Positions 29,595 through 43,312 are shown, counted from the first letter of the stretch. The stretch is 64,000 nt of DNA from Eledone cirrhosa (GCA_964016885.1 OZ024743.1:363072001-363136000); one strand, 5' to 3'. The notes: a model not told the origin generated them from the letters alone. A program made the numbers and translations.

Positions 29595-30274
29595 TGTCCC
29601 CCCTTGCTTCTGCTGGACGCAACCAGACGGCGATAGCGCCGGTGTTTTTTTTACATAGCGACGGCTTTTCAAATGTTTATCTATAAACATTCCGTGTTTC
29701 TTTAGAAATACGAAATTATAATAATACATATATATCGAATAAACCGAATTTCGTGTGTGTATGTGTGAGTGCATATGTATGTAAGAGTGAGTGGGTGTAT
29801 GCATGTGGGATGACGGATTAGTAGAGACGTTAGAACGTCAGATACAATGATTTGATTTATTCGTTTCGGCTCTCTCCTCTCTGATTTCAAATCCCGCCGA
29901 GATCAACTTTTCCTTTCATTCTTTCGATGTCGATAAAAAAGTATCAGTCAAGTATTTGAGTTGATTTTTCCTCTACATCCATTTTTCACTTCTTCTCACT
30001 CACTCTCTATCCTTCTCTGGAAAAGATTTGCTGTATTCAGACCTGGAGAGGAGATGGACTCTGCTAGGTTTAAAAATAAAATGTCCTAGAAACGCCGTAT
30101 ATCAATACAACGTCCCGATGATTCCTTCGGGAGTTCAGTTCTTTTCATAATTCAAGCCGATCACCCACCAATCCTTAAAACCTGTGTTTCATTTGTGTAG
30201 ATAATACTGATAGCAAAAACAAAATCAATTAAAAAGTAAATCCTAATAAGGAAGGCAGGAACATAGAATGATAA

Positions 30275-30440
30275 ATGTGTCCGAATACAGAAGAGCCGAA
30301 CTCCCACTGTCCCGCCTCCATCTCTCTCACCCTTCCCATCTCTCTATATTATGAGCAAATGGGGTCCCATGCGCTGGCCGACCCACGGGCGTCGGACAGA
30401 ATGGAGAAGGTGTTTCCACGGAGGATAGTAAGGGAGATAC
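30275..30440 (-). mobile_element. CRE 3'-end fragment
   Basis: Reverse complement of the 25045-25210 region. Confidence 0.7.
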
Positions 30441-30578
30441 GCACTAATAGAGTGACAGGGCATTCTTGCTTGAGTCTAGACAGTTCATGGATTTCTAAAT
30501 AAGTGAGTTAGCGTGCTTATATATAGCTGTATGTAATCGCACGCATATTATGCGTATGCATGTCTCTCTTGAGCACTG

Positions 30579-30631
<53 letters not shown>

Positions 30632-31599
30632 TCGCACGACATTACTCTTTATGTATGTGAGCGTGTGTCATATGCACGCATGTAGGTGTGTGTATATATT
30701 CATTCCAGAAAACTCAAATGTGTATGTATGTATGTATGTATGTATGTATGTATGTATGTATGTTTGCATGTATATATGTATGTATGCATGTAGTATGTGT
30801 GTATGTATGTATGTGTAGATGAGTGGAAGTATTTCGCATTTATATATATTTGTGTAGGTGTTTATAATTTTGTTTTGTTCCGTTGCTGTTTTTTTTTTCT
30901 TATTTTGTTTTATTTTTTCATCAGTCAGAGAAATGTTTTATATATAGACTACATAGACTACGCAGACAGTGGAATGTGGTAGGTATGGGAATCTGTGTGG
31001 CGACATACTCCAAAATGGTAGCAATTTATGATAGAATCTTTTCATGTCAGTTGCTAAAGATGATGACGAAGGAAAAAAGTAGTCTGATGAGTTACGTGTC
31101 ATTGTGGAACTAGAAAGTCATTGTGATAAGAGCCAATATTGCCAACAAATCTAAGATCAGAGTTCCGTGGCATATGAAGATAGTTGTTATTATATTTGTA
31201 AAGGGAGGGATGATGCATTTTGTTGTGCCGCCAGAACAACTTTAGATGAACAAATAAAACATCAAAACAACAAAATGATCGCATCATAAATTTCCCATTC
31301 CCTTTTTAATGTGGGCGATGCATGTTTTCTTACTTTAAACTCAAATTTCCGCAGCCATTGAAAATTCTGTGACGTCGTTCTACCAATCTCATCGTTTTGC
31401 CATTTTATTCTATGAAGAAACCAGATATTGTGAAACCAGAAGATAAATCGATTAGTTGATCCTTATTTGAAAAGCGTGTTTCAGAGGATGCTGCTATATG
31501 TTCAGTAGTTGTAAAATATTTTGGTTACAAGCACTCTTCTGCGTTCTGGTTGGTTAAATTAAATACACTATATGAAGGCACGTGGCCATTGGATGAGAT

Positions 31600-31920
31600 G
31601 GCAACTAATATGAGATCTGAAACGGGCTTTGTTATTTTGGCATTGAAAATGTAAATAGTAAAGATCTACTCTTAATTCAACTTTGTTAAGAATTCAATCT
31701 AGATATCTGCAACGCCTTCCATCAAGAACTAAAATAAATGGCCACGTCGACCGGTCCTAGGTCCAAATAAGGTCACATGATTGATTTCATTGTAACTCGA
31801 AACGATAATATTGGAGATGTTTGCAATGTAAATGCGCTACGAATGTGATATTTATCACAAACTGGTACATGGAGGAGTTCAAGCTTCGAATTTGGAAAAG
31901 GTTCCGCATGAATGGGATAA
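31600..31920 (+). pseudogene. Decayed LINE AP-endonuclease fragment (RTE-like)
   Basis: Frameshifted pieces GHMIDFIVTR and ECDIYHKLV resemble the IDY...SDH motifs. Confidence 0.45.
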
Positions 31921-32269
31921 TAGCTCCTTCATGTATGATGTGGCTAAATTGGCACAACCAGATATTTGGGAAATTGTGTCAAATAAATTTGCTAATCTTA
32001 ATTTTGACGGTACTTGGAAAATCTTTAGGGACTATACATATATCCTCTGAGTATTTTTCAGTTGTGATCACAGCTACCTCAGAACCCATGTAAGGGGCCT
32101 GTATACATGTATTTCGGGATTTTTATCCATCATCAGCAACGATTACTTACTCTGAGACACTAAAGTATGGAAGACTTGAAAGTCTTATAGATTCTGTAAA
32201 CACACTACTTTTGGTGGCAGTTTATTTACATATAGCGCATGTTTAACCGGCTAGCATTAATTAGAGTGG

Positions 32270-32650
32270 AGGGCGGTGGATTGGCAGTATCGGTAGAGGG
32301 TCGGACGCCATGCTTGGAAGCATAGAGTTACTTCCCTTTATGATCTGAGTTCAAATCCCGCCGAAGTTAACTTTGCCTTTCATCCTTACAGGGTCGATAA
32401 AATAAAGTACCAGTAATACACTGGGATAATTGCTGGCCTTGTGCCTAAAGTAGAAACAATTAATTAGAGTGGATTGGCAGTATCGGTAGAGGGTCGGACG
32501 CCATGCTTTGCAGCACAGTTACGTCCCTTTACAGACTGAGTTCAAATCCCGCCGAGGTTAACTTTGCCTTCCATCCTTACGGGGTCGATAAAATAAAGTA
32601 CCAGTAATACACTGGGATAATTGCTGTGCCAGAAGTAGAAACAATTAATT
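32270..32650 (+). mobile_element. Two tandem copies of the tRNA-derived SINE
   Basis: ggattggcagtatcggtagag...gagttcaaatcccgcc (B box)...gtagaaacaattaattagag at 32270-32468 and 32470-32652. Confidence 0.85.
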
Positions 32651-34208
32651 AGAGATAGTACCTACACAGTGGAATTCAAAATAAAGGTGTATATAATAAA
32701 CCCACTTACAATATTTTTATGTATAATAAACATACATTTAGTCTTGCGGTGAATATTCTAAACTGCGATCATAATATTTGATGGTAAAATGGTTTCTGAT
32801 TTAGGCGCAAGGCCAACAATTTGGGGGTAAGAGGAAAGCTATTTAAATCGACTCCACTGACACTATATGTTACCGACCCCGCAAGGATGAAATGCAAAAC
32901 TAACCTCGGTGGGATGGTAATAATGCTACTATCTACCAGTTATTGGAAACTTACAATGTTCTTTAATTGTGCTTTTACTTCATTACAATGACTTTTATCG
33001 AAACTACTTTACAGAGAATAATTTTGTAAATATATTATTTCATTCATATTTATCTGTTATTTTACGTAATATATTCTTTGTGTATTCAAGTCTATTTAAA
33101 CTCTGTCTCGTTTTGACACCCCAACTCTTGTTTATCCTCTATGCGCTAGACATGATTACTGTATGAAAAGTTAGTTTATCAAATTATTTAAAATTCTCGT
33201 ACTGCTCTTTTTAAATTTAAAATTTCGAATGGAGATTTTTTTTTTTTAATTTAATATAAAAAATTATCTACTACAAATTGTTCTATAGTTAAAATTATTT
33301 TACAAACTATTTTTATAAAATTATCTTATGAGAAGACGTTTCAATAAAAACAAAAGTAATTTCGATGAAAAGGTGTAGTACCAGATCAAGGATATCTGTT
33401 CGGTTAACAAATGAACATGGTCGCTCGATCTGCAAGAAATAGTAGCAAAATTGTCTCCAAATTACACGTTGCCCTCACTGCATCTAAAAAGGTATAACAC
33501 ATTACATAGTGTTACTTGGAAGTATAAAGACGTATGACCATAGTTGGAATGGATTTGATCATAGGTCTAGTGAGTTAGTGCTTAGCTGGCACATAAAAAA
33601 CAGCAACCAAGGTTATTGCGCCACACTAGTATTTATTTGCCCGTCAACAACCTATTAGTAACAAAATATTAAATACACTTAGTCATTCACGTGAAACTAG
33701 GTTGCTTGCTACAAGTATATTCAATGCAAATGACATGTTCTTGTATTACACATTATATATATATACCTGCCACAGAAATTAGGAGTACACACTATTTTTT
33801 AACATTTTCAACACTTAGTTTATGTCTCAGAAATATTTAATAGAACTTTGTGTAATAGATGATATGTAATACGGATCTAATGTTGAAGTGTGTTAAAAAT
33901 AAGGAGAAAAGAGATAACTAGATTGTATGGTGCTTCCATTTATCTGTATGGTTTGTTTACACACACACACAAGCATACACACACATACATGCATATACAT
34001 GAACACAAACATTCACGCACACATATTCACAAATATCTACACACATACATGTATAGAAATATGTATATATATATCATATAACATATATATATATATATCA
34101 TATATCATATATTTCATATATATATATATATATACACACACACAAAAACAAGATGGCATAGGATAGAACAAAGGAGAGGCACAAAAACAAAAAAGAAAAG
34201 AATCCCCA

Positions 34209-34251
34209 GTCACTGAAGAAGTCACAGAATGTGTGACGAAAGAACTTTGAC
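34209..34251 (+). ncRNA. Minimal type I hammerhead ribozyme
   Basis: gtca-CTGAAGA-a-gtcac/gtgac-GAAA-gaac-TT-tgac; inverted homologue at 34888-34929. Confidence 0.75.
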
Positions 34252-34419
34252 AATATATGAACAATTGTCTGGTTGTGGAACCAACCAACCAACCGGAAAT
34301 TTATAAATTCTTAAATTTATAAATTTAATTTATAATAAATTGGAGTGAAAGCAACTGGTGCGTGTGTTTCTTATTGGCAACATGACCCTCCCAAAGCATA
34401 ACAATATATATATATATAC

Positions 34420-34469
<50 letters not shown>

Positions 34470-34479
34470 TTAAAAGAAT

Positions 34480-34665
34480 AGAGGTGAACAGATCAGAGCA
34501 AACATCACGGACGCTCTATCTCAACATTATTTTTGAAAAGCATTAGAAATGCGCAACCGGTAAAACTTAATACTAACCAATACTATTACTAATTATCACT
34601 TATTCCTAATTAAACTATTTTTCACTGTGAACAATTTGTCAGCATTTTCTATTCCGTTTACCAAT
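34480..34665 (+). mobile_element. Family A pLTR-like element with variant HHR (34530-34565)
   Basis: Near-identical to 610-812; flanked by (TA)n. Confidence 0.7.
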
Positions 34666-34683
34666 ATATATATATATATATAT

Positions 34684-36690
34684 ATTGTTATACTTGGGGA
34701 GGGTCATATTTGTGTAATAATATTGCCAGAATTAATAACAGAACACACTCACTGTTTGGTTGGTTTTCGCTTCTGTATCTTTTATATCAGTTAATTTAAT
34801 TTATTCTGTCCTCAATGTTTACCATTGACTGACCAACGGTCAAAAATACAGATATAATATAGACACAAACACATATATATATAGTCTAACAAAGTTCTTT
34901 CGTTGCACATCTGCAACATCGTCAGTGGTGCTATTATGTTTCCTCCTGTTGTATTGTATGTCTACGCCATCTTTATTTAATCCGTTTATTTATTTATTTA
35001 TTTATTTTTGTCTTCTTCTCTGCGCATGCGCTTGCGTGTGTGTATAGTGTTTGAGGTGTGTTTGGGTGACTGTGTTTTGGTTATTGTATTCTATCTTAGT
35101 TTACTAGTGTGTGTTTATATGTGTTTGTTGTTATTGTGCTTGTGTATTTATTTATTTATTTATTTATTTATACTTCTCTTAGGTCAGTATTGTTTGTTTG
35201 GGTGTTGTTGTTATTCGATTCATTCTTTCTGTTTAGCTTTGGTTAAGTTCTATTTCGCTGGCCTCTCTGATTTGACTATCTGCTGGGTCATTTCTATGTT
35301 TAGATATTATTTTAAATTCTATGTTATCTATGTTACCGTCGTGTTGTTGTTTGGCTTGTTCGTATAGTACTGAACCGTTTTTTCGTCCTTTTAGTTCCCC
35401 CCAGTGTTGGTCTATCCTTTCACCTATGCTACGTTGTTGTCATGTTTCTGCAAGTACCCTCTGTACATCTTAGGCTATAGACTACGTTTCTAGTTTTACA
35501 GTTTATCCGGGGGTTTACTTTACATATAATACATTTCCTATTAGTACAGTGGGTTTTCTTAAAAGGGTAGATTTTGCTGATCAGGGATTTTATGGTGATT
35601 CCTGGCTTTTCTATCACCTTAATCTTTAAGTGGGTCTTTCTCAGGGCCTTTCTACACTGGTTCGCTAATTTCCCTCCAGGGGTAGCGTCCACGAACATGA
35701 CACTCTGGTATCTCTGGTTGTCGTACCACGAGGTGGCTTTTTATATCTTATGTCTAGTCCTATCTAAGCTATTCCATGATTTGCTCCTGTATAATGGGCA
35801 AATTCCTTTCATGTCCAGTTCTATGAGGGTCTTATACTTCTCCGTGGCTCCTTCGTATACTCTGATTCTGTCTCTTTGGTTGTAGCCAGAGAACTGCATG
35901 CGGTTGATGAAGTGTTGGATGTGTCTTTCCATTTCTGTTGGGTCGCACATGCGGGACACGTTCTTCATCACTCGTACCAAGTCTGCGATCAGAATATTAA
36001 ACTTAGCACTACTGGACATTGCTGAGTTTTTGAGTATCAGGTATTTGGAGGCCATGGGTTTAGCGTAGTGTGAGTGGAGAATTTGGGCTCTCTCGTCTAT
36101 AGTGTTAATCCAGATTTCCGTGTCTAATCCAGAGTTCCGTGTCTATTGTTAGGGTGTTTGGAAGGGTAGTCGATAGTTACAGTTATACTCTGGTGTATGG
36201 AATTAGCTATCTGCTGGATGCTTTCCATTATGCTACGTTCTAAATAAAACTTGTTAGTACTCTCTTGTGGGGATGTCCTTATTACTATATTGATGTCGTC
36301 TACGTAACGAGAGTACATGATGAGGTCTATGGAGCTCTCATCAAGGAGATCTTTGAGTCTCCTTTCCAACCAGACCATAAAAAGGTTGGCAACATCACCA
36401 GCTATGCTGACGCCAATGGCTGCTCCCTCATTTTGTGTGTAGATCTTCTCGTTGAATTTGAATATGTGGCCCTTTAGGGTAGTTTTAATACTATGCCCTA
36501 TTGCATGTGCAATCATTTTTCTTACCTGATCATTGTTTTGGGGGGTCCTCATGGCTTTGGTCCACCCAGTCCACCTTCCCATGGGAGTCTTTTTTGCCAT
36601 TGAGGTTATGGTGGGCAGTCTACCTCTTATGGGTCTACTGGGGCAGAAACATCTAAGGTCATGGCTGTCTAGGTAGTCAGTGTCATAGGT
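34684..36690 (-). mobile_element. Penelope-like retroelement 4 (third lineage), 5'-truncated, with 3' pLTR and HHR (34888-34929)
   Basis: ORFs 36124-36600 (QNEGAAIGVS, RYVDD), 35741-36055 (RMQFSGY) and 35429-35698 (FVDATPGG, CTNRKCIIC, NVVYSLRC); HHR CTGACGA-t-gttgca/tgcaac-GAAA-gaac-TT. Confidence 0.85.
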
Positions 36691-36871
36691 AAGTCTATGA
36701 CACTGACTATCTAGACAGCCATGACCTTAGACGTTTCTGCCCCAGAGCAATATACTATAAATTCTGTCCTGAGAATCATATGATAAGATATATACTCAAT
36801 TTCCTCTCCCAATTAGCATATTCAACCACACAAAAAAAACAATTAAACAAGGCTATAAGGTTAAAAGACAC

Positions 36872-36945
<74 letters not shown>

Positions 36946-37479
36946 TTGGATGCGGTAAAAACCAGTTAAACCATTACTCGCCAGAGTACTCGATACTTGT
37001 GGTAGTAGAGTGGGTAATATGAAAAAATTAAGGCTATTCGGATCTAGCTGTTGAAACGGCCGGAGCTCAGGCGTCGTGGTCCTGAATGTGTTCACACACA
37101 CACACACACATTCACACACACTCAAACAAAACGAAAAACAATTTTTTATGGGGAAACCATAAGAAGTTATTTCTAAAAAATAAATATATAAACGAAAGAC
37201 ACAACTCCATGGTCATCGGTCAACCCCTACTTATATATAGGAGGTTTTTTTTGTGTATAATTAATAAAAACCTTAATGTGAAACCTCGTTTTGTTTTTAA
37301 TATTTCCACTCTGTCATAGCATGGAGGGCTGCTTTAGGTATCTTCGTCAGTAAATAGCGAGTCGTGTTACTCCGGATTTTCGCCAGTTGATCACAGAGTC
37401 ATCAGACAAGAACTAACGTTTCAATAACAGACACAATAAAGGAAGACTCGGGTGCGGAGGGTGGGGTTCATTGAGGAGG

Positions 37480-37880
37480 GTTATTGCCGCCAGAACGCAG
37501 GCCGGTTCCGCGACACGCCGCTCTCAACGACATATTGAGAAGAAACCTGGACGCAGCAGGCTTTCCGTCTCAACTGGAGCCAGGAGGCCTAGACCGCGGA
37601 GATGGCAAGTGCCCAGACGGAATCACCCTTTTCCCATTCGAAGGAGGTGGCTCCCTCATCTGGGACGCCACCTGTTGGAACACGTTCTCTGCCTCCAACT
37701 TAGTTGCTTCGGCCACAAACCCCGGCATCGCAGCCCGCCCCGCAGAAGAACGTAAAATAAACCGGGGTTTGTCCGGCGGCCCGTCTGAGGAGGGAACCTC
37801 GTGACGTTGGGTGGCTGTTGCAGCGGGTGTCACTGGCCATCGTCCGGGAGAATGCTTTTGCCGTCTTGTCCGCGGATCGC
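37480..37880 (+). mobile_element. CRE-clade endonuclease fragment
   Basis: RHAALNDILRR...LEPGGL...PDGITLFPFEGGGSLIWDATC. Confidence 0.75.
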
Positions 37881-38279
37881 AGCACTTCTGCTCTCTTGCC
37901 CTAGGCCCAAAGCCTGATCACCCTCCCCTTCACCCGCCCCTTCTCTTCTGCGACACCAGAGCTCTTGCCATTCTATAAAAATATCTATAAAAACACATAT
38001 ATATGAATCCAATTACACATGTACACAAATGCATAAATATACATATATACATACATATGAACGTATATGTACATATATATGTACACACAATCACACATAC
38101 TCGTACACATGTAAAAGATATACAAGAAAATATATAAAAAAATATTTTTAAATGTTTTAAAATATATTTTAAAATATATACACATACGTATACAAGATAT
38201 ACACGCATATAAACCTTGGAATATCAGATGTTAACGTGCCTGACCCCCATTTCATTTTCTGAAAATAAGGCGATATATG

Positions 38280-38905
38280 ATAAATGTTTCTACTTTTGAA
38301 ACAAGGCCAGCACTTATCTCAGTGCATTACTGGTACTTTATTTTATAGATCTCGTAAGGATGAAAGGCAAAGTTAACCTCGGCGGGATTTAAACTCAGAT
38401 CGTAAAGGAACGTAACTACGCTGGAAAGCATGTCCGACCCTCTACCGATACTGCCAATTCACCGCCCTATATCTATAATAATGATTTCTGATTTAGGCAC
38501 AAGGCCAACAAACTTTGGGGAGGAGAAAGTCGATTAAATGGACCACAGTGCATTACATAACTCTATGCTGCAAAGCATGGCGCCGGACCCTCTACCGATA
38601 CTGCTAATCGAGAATTGTAGAAATCTAAGAAAACTTAACCTACTATAGATAGGTTTGGATTATTTACATTATACATAAGATAATTGGTTGATAAATAGAT
38701 ACTATTTTCGATTAAGTGTGATGCGGTGGATTGGCAGTATCAGTAGAGATGCTTTGAGGCATAGAGTTATGGCCATTTACGGTCTGAGTTCAAATCCCGC
38801 CGGTGATAACTTTGCCTTTCATCCGTACGGCGTCGATAAACTAAAGCACCAGTAATGCACTGGGGTAATTGCTGGCCTTGTGCCAAAATTAGAAACAATT
38901 ATTGT
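38280..38905. mobile_element. Cluster of three SINE copies (38280-38470 minus, 38480-38610 minus, 38720-38905 plus)
   Basis: Same family as 32270-32650. Confidence 0.8.
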
Positions 38906-39369
38906 TATGTTCTTTTTTAGAATACACAGCCGTGTGGGATAGCCACTGCTCTTTGTTCACTGTGACTGTGTGCTCACATTTATTTACACTTCGCTGATAT
39001 GAAAATAAGTATTTAGCAGAGGGTATTAATATTTGTTAAAACATTAGCAATGTAGTTGATGGGCAGCAAAAATATATTAGATTATGTCTTCGATTTCGAA
39101 TATATATTTATAACATTTACCATGTAAACTATATCAGCTTACAATATGAAAAGATTACTCCACTTCAATGTTTTAGTATTGCTGTAGTTGCTTTTGTTGT
39201 GATTATTTTTGTTATTGTTTTTTTTTGTGGGAAAGGGGGGCATCGAACATAGTTTCGGGCTTATTTTATTTTTGTTCGCATTTCGCATTAAACACGTGAA
39301 TACATTTTAATAATACAATCACCAAAGAAACATGATGTCATTACCTGAGCCGGTTAAGGAGGAACATAG

Positions 39370-39494
39370 CTTGAAATACTTTCCCATGTCGATATCGAGA
39401 CATTTCTGACCTTCTTTTAACCTTATTATCCATTCATATACGGATTTGTGTGTGTATGTTTGTATATGTGTGTGTGTGTGTGTGTATGTTTGTA

Positions 39495-39567
<73 letters not shown>

Positions 39568-39610
39568 TATAAACATTAACCATCGTTCCGCTTCGTCGAG
39601 TCCAGCATTT
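39370..39610 (-). pseudogene. Mariner transposase N-terminal remnant
   Basis: SVYEWIIRLKEGQ resembles the mariner HTH motif VYEWFKRFKEG; interrupted by (TG)n. Confidence 0.4.
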
Positions 39611-39830
39611 GAATTGTCGATCTTGTCATTTATTCAGTCTAAGTAATTACATAACCGATACGTTAAGGGCCACACCACACCCCTACTTCTCCCCCACATA
39701 CATACACATACATACACTCACAGTTATCATGAACATATCCAAATGTCCAAAGAGTGCTCAACAAAACGGGTAGAACAATGTGAGTAGTCGAAATAAAATC
39801 CGTTTTCACACACATTTATATATATATATA

Positions 39831-39862
<32 letters not shown>

Positions 39863-39961
39863 CGTGCATATATATATATATATATATATAAAATTGCAAG
39901 TTTGAAGAATCATTCGATAAGATATACATAGTTTTTCTTCTCCCTAGTCCGTAGAAATCAA

Positions 39962-39991
<30 letters not shown>

Positions 39992-39993
<2 letters not shown>

Positions 39994-40118
39994 CGAAGGA
40001 AATGTGGTAAGGAACCAGGTGGACCATAACGCACCAAAGTACTCAATACTTAGGGTAGTAAAGTGGGTAATAGGAACCAGTAAGACCCCAGTAAGACCCC
40101 GGGGTCTTACTGGTTCCT
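39992..40118. mobile_element. Family Q short (TA)n-embedded element with terminal mini-palindrome
   Basis: Copies at 42350-42468, 57428-57620 and 18306-18392; taggaaccagtaagacccc...ggggtcttactggttccta. Confidence 0.7.
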
Positions 40119-40134
40119 ATATATATATATATGA

Positions 40135-41520
40135 CTTCAAAATATTAATAAATATAGACATTCATGTGATCAAATATATTTTATTATACACATTTCAGAG
40201 GTACTGAGCTATTTCAACAGTACGTCCTCATCAGATAAAATAAGTTGATGCCTGACATACCTTGACTATGTTGATGGTTATAATTCAATTATGGCAGTGA
40301 TTAGTTATGATTAAAAATTCTTGTAATGCTTTTATTATTTATGCTATTATTAATATTGGATTAAGGGTTTCTACCTAAACATAGAAATTGTTAACCTGAT
40401 CTCTTGTTGAGTATGTATGACCTTTAGATTGTTTAAATACATTTAATTTTGTTTTTTGTATTTTTTAAATCTTATATCTTATATATTTGATACATCTAAT
40501 GTATTCAGACTCGTAAACCGTTTAATTACTTTAAATGTTTGTTTACGATTCACGACGATATGATTGTACATTTATAGTATAAAAGTTTCCTTAGATCCGA
40601 GTTGATTAATTATTTGTACTTAACTTGATGTAAAATTTTGAATACAGTAAAATCTAGTTGAATCAAATTTATAACACTCTTAACAGTAATTATATTATAT
40701 ATAAGTGACTAATATCGTCTTAAACTTTAAACCTTATAGTTTATATATAAATTATACAAATGCGTATATCTAGATAAATCTGGTTTAATAATATTTTATT
40801 AAATACATTTATAATGCTTTATGGTTAGTTAATAACATTTTAATTTTAATGTTTTCTGACTAATATATTGATTATATTTTAAATTTTAATATACTTTTTA
40901 AATATACTTGTGATTACTTTTGGAGTTATGATAAACATAAATTTATCTCTTTCACGTTACATTTGCTTTAACTCTGATATAATACAATATAAATCCTTTC
41001 AAATTTTATAGTCTAAAATCTCATGTCATTTGATTAATTGACTATTTCTAATTAACTTAAGATTTGAAAATAAACGGTCACGCATCATATGCATATCTTA
41101 TTATTTAAATTTTTAACAGTTATGTAAGTTTATGTATTATATAGTATTAGTTATTTATATATCTTTATACATATTCTCATACGCACCCTCTGTATTATAT
41201 GTAATTTTTCATGTTTCAACTTAAGGTATATAAATATTGAGTTTTGTCATAACTAATCACTGCCATAACTGAATTATAACCATCAACATAGTCAAGGTAT
41301 GTCAGGCATCAACTTATTTTATCTGATGAGGACGTACTGTTGAAATAGCTCAGTACCTCTGAAATATGTATAATAAAATATATTTGATCACATGAATGTC
41401 TATATTTATTAATATTTTGAAGTAATATTAATAACTCCAGAAAACCTTCATGTAGAGTGCTTCTAATCTATTGTGAAACTTTATTCATTGATTAATTCAT
41501 TGAATCTTGTTAAACTTTTA

Positions 41521-41522
<2 letters not shown>
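40135..41522. mobile_element. Inverted-repeat element (family C) with HHRs at 40177-40242 (minus) and 41315-41380 (plus)
   Basis: 40135-40310 is the reverse complement of 41245-41425; tattttat-CTGATGA-...gtactg/cagtac...-GAAA-tatgta-TA-ataaaata. Confidence 0.8.
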
Positions 41523-41554
<32 letters not shown>

Positions 41555-41560
<6 letters not shown>

Positions 41561-41935
41561 TAAAAGGAAAAGAAAATACTGACAAATTTTTCCCAGTGAA
41601 AAATAGTTTAATTAGGAATAAGTATAAATTAGTAATAAGTATTAGTTAGTATTCAATTTTAGTTTTAAGTTTTTATCGGTTGCGCATTTCTTATGCTTTT
41701 CAAAAATAATTTTGAGATAGAGTGCTCGTGATTTTCGCTCTAATCAGATTAGAGCAAAAATCACGAGCACTCTATCTCAAAATTATTTTTGAAAAGCATA
41801 AGAAATGCGCAACCGATAAAAACTTAAAACTAAAATTGAATACTAACTAATACTTATTACTAATTTATACTTATTCCTAATTAAACTATTTTTCACTGGG
41901 AAAAATTTGTCAGTATTTTCTTTTCCTTTTTACTA

Positions 41936-41940
<5 letters not shown>
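41555..41940. mobile_element. Near-perfect palindrome of about 385 bp made of two family A arms
   Basis: Centre ctctaatc-a-gattagag at 41746; flanked by (TA)n. Confidence 0.88.
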
Positions 41941-42005
<65 letters not shown>

Positions 42006-42285
42006 ATAGAGAAATTAATGTGAGCAAGATGTCAACAGTATTTCATAATATATAAGTGACTATAACGTCAAAATGGAAAATAATTAATGTAAGATATGGG
42101 AAAATAATTCAAACTCAATTAAAAAAAAATCAAGACAGAGATTTTATCCACAGATTTTGTGAAATCTAGGGGAAAAAACCAATAGAGTCTTAACTCAGAA
42201 TAATGTAAAGTTTAAATACTCATCCTTCAATTTGGAAAAACTACAAATGGTCTATATAGTCTTAAAAAGACTATCTCACGAAACT

Positions 42286-42353
<68 letters not shown>

Positions 42354-42465
42354 ACGAGTAAGACCCCTGGGGTCTTACTTCATCCTATTACCCACTCTAC
42401 TACCCTAAGTATTGAGTACTTTGGTGCGTTATGGTCCACCTGGTTCCTTACCACATTTCCTTCGT

Positions 42466-42499
<34 letters not shown>

Positions 42500-43029
42500 T
42501 GTATGTATGTTATGTCAGGTCACCAGTTGGTGCTACTGGTAACATGTATCCCAGTACAACCCGTCACATGGTCGGGTCGTTGGCGACTAAACTGGCAACT
42601 CCACCAAGATTTCTTGGTGAGGAGGGTGACTTTGGACATCCTGCAGGACTAAAAACAAAACCTGTCAAAGGGCAAAGGAGCTCTTAAGAGTCAATGGCCA
42701 TCGAAAATCACCGGGAGAGATGACCGCTTAGCCTTTGTCAAGGCAGAATTCTAGGAGAAGGAAAACTCTGATATAACACCTGCAACCCTGATGGTATCCA
42801 ATGATGTTGACTTCTTCTTCTTTTTGGTAAATATCATCTTGGTTAAGAGAGTGGGACTGGCTTTGTGCAGTGCCTTTGCTCACTATAAAAGCTTCACGGC
42901 ACAGGCATTGCTTTATATCTGGAGATCTCTCTGCACTTGCCGTCACGTGGTACCATGGACCCAGCACTATGTGTCAATAATTGTCACAAGTGTAGTGTTT
43001 GTACCAGAGTTTTCAAGTCGCTGACTGGA

Positions 43030-43200
43030 CTAAAAAGTCACACTCGTTGAGTGAGTTACGACAAGTGTTTCAGTTGATCCGTTCAACGGAATAGCCTGTT
43101 CGTGAAATTAACATGCATGAGGCTGAGCATTTCAGAAACAAGTGTACACTTAATGTAGTTCTCAGGGAGATTCAGCGTGACACTGAATGTGACAGAACTC
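43030..43200 (+). mobile_element. Interspersed SINE-like repeat; second copy at 43990-44160
   Basis: tcaacggaa...ggctgagc...gattcagcgtgaca shared between the two. Confidence 0.6.
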
Positions 43201-43312
43201 ATAATAACATTTATAGTGATAATAACATTTATAGTGATAACATTTGTATTGATAATAACATTTATTGTGATAATAACATATATGTTGTATAACATTTATC
43301 GTGATAATAATA
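43200..43312. repeat. 18-bp minisatellite (ataataacatttatagtg)n
   Basis: About 6 degenerate units. Confidence 0.75.

Noticed and set aside
32270-32370. tRNA-like A and B boxes
   Set aside because: SINE head with no intact cloverleaf; repeated with the same tail many times
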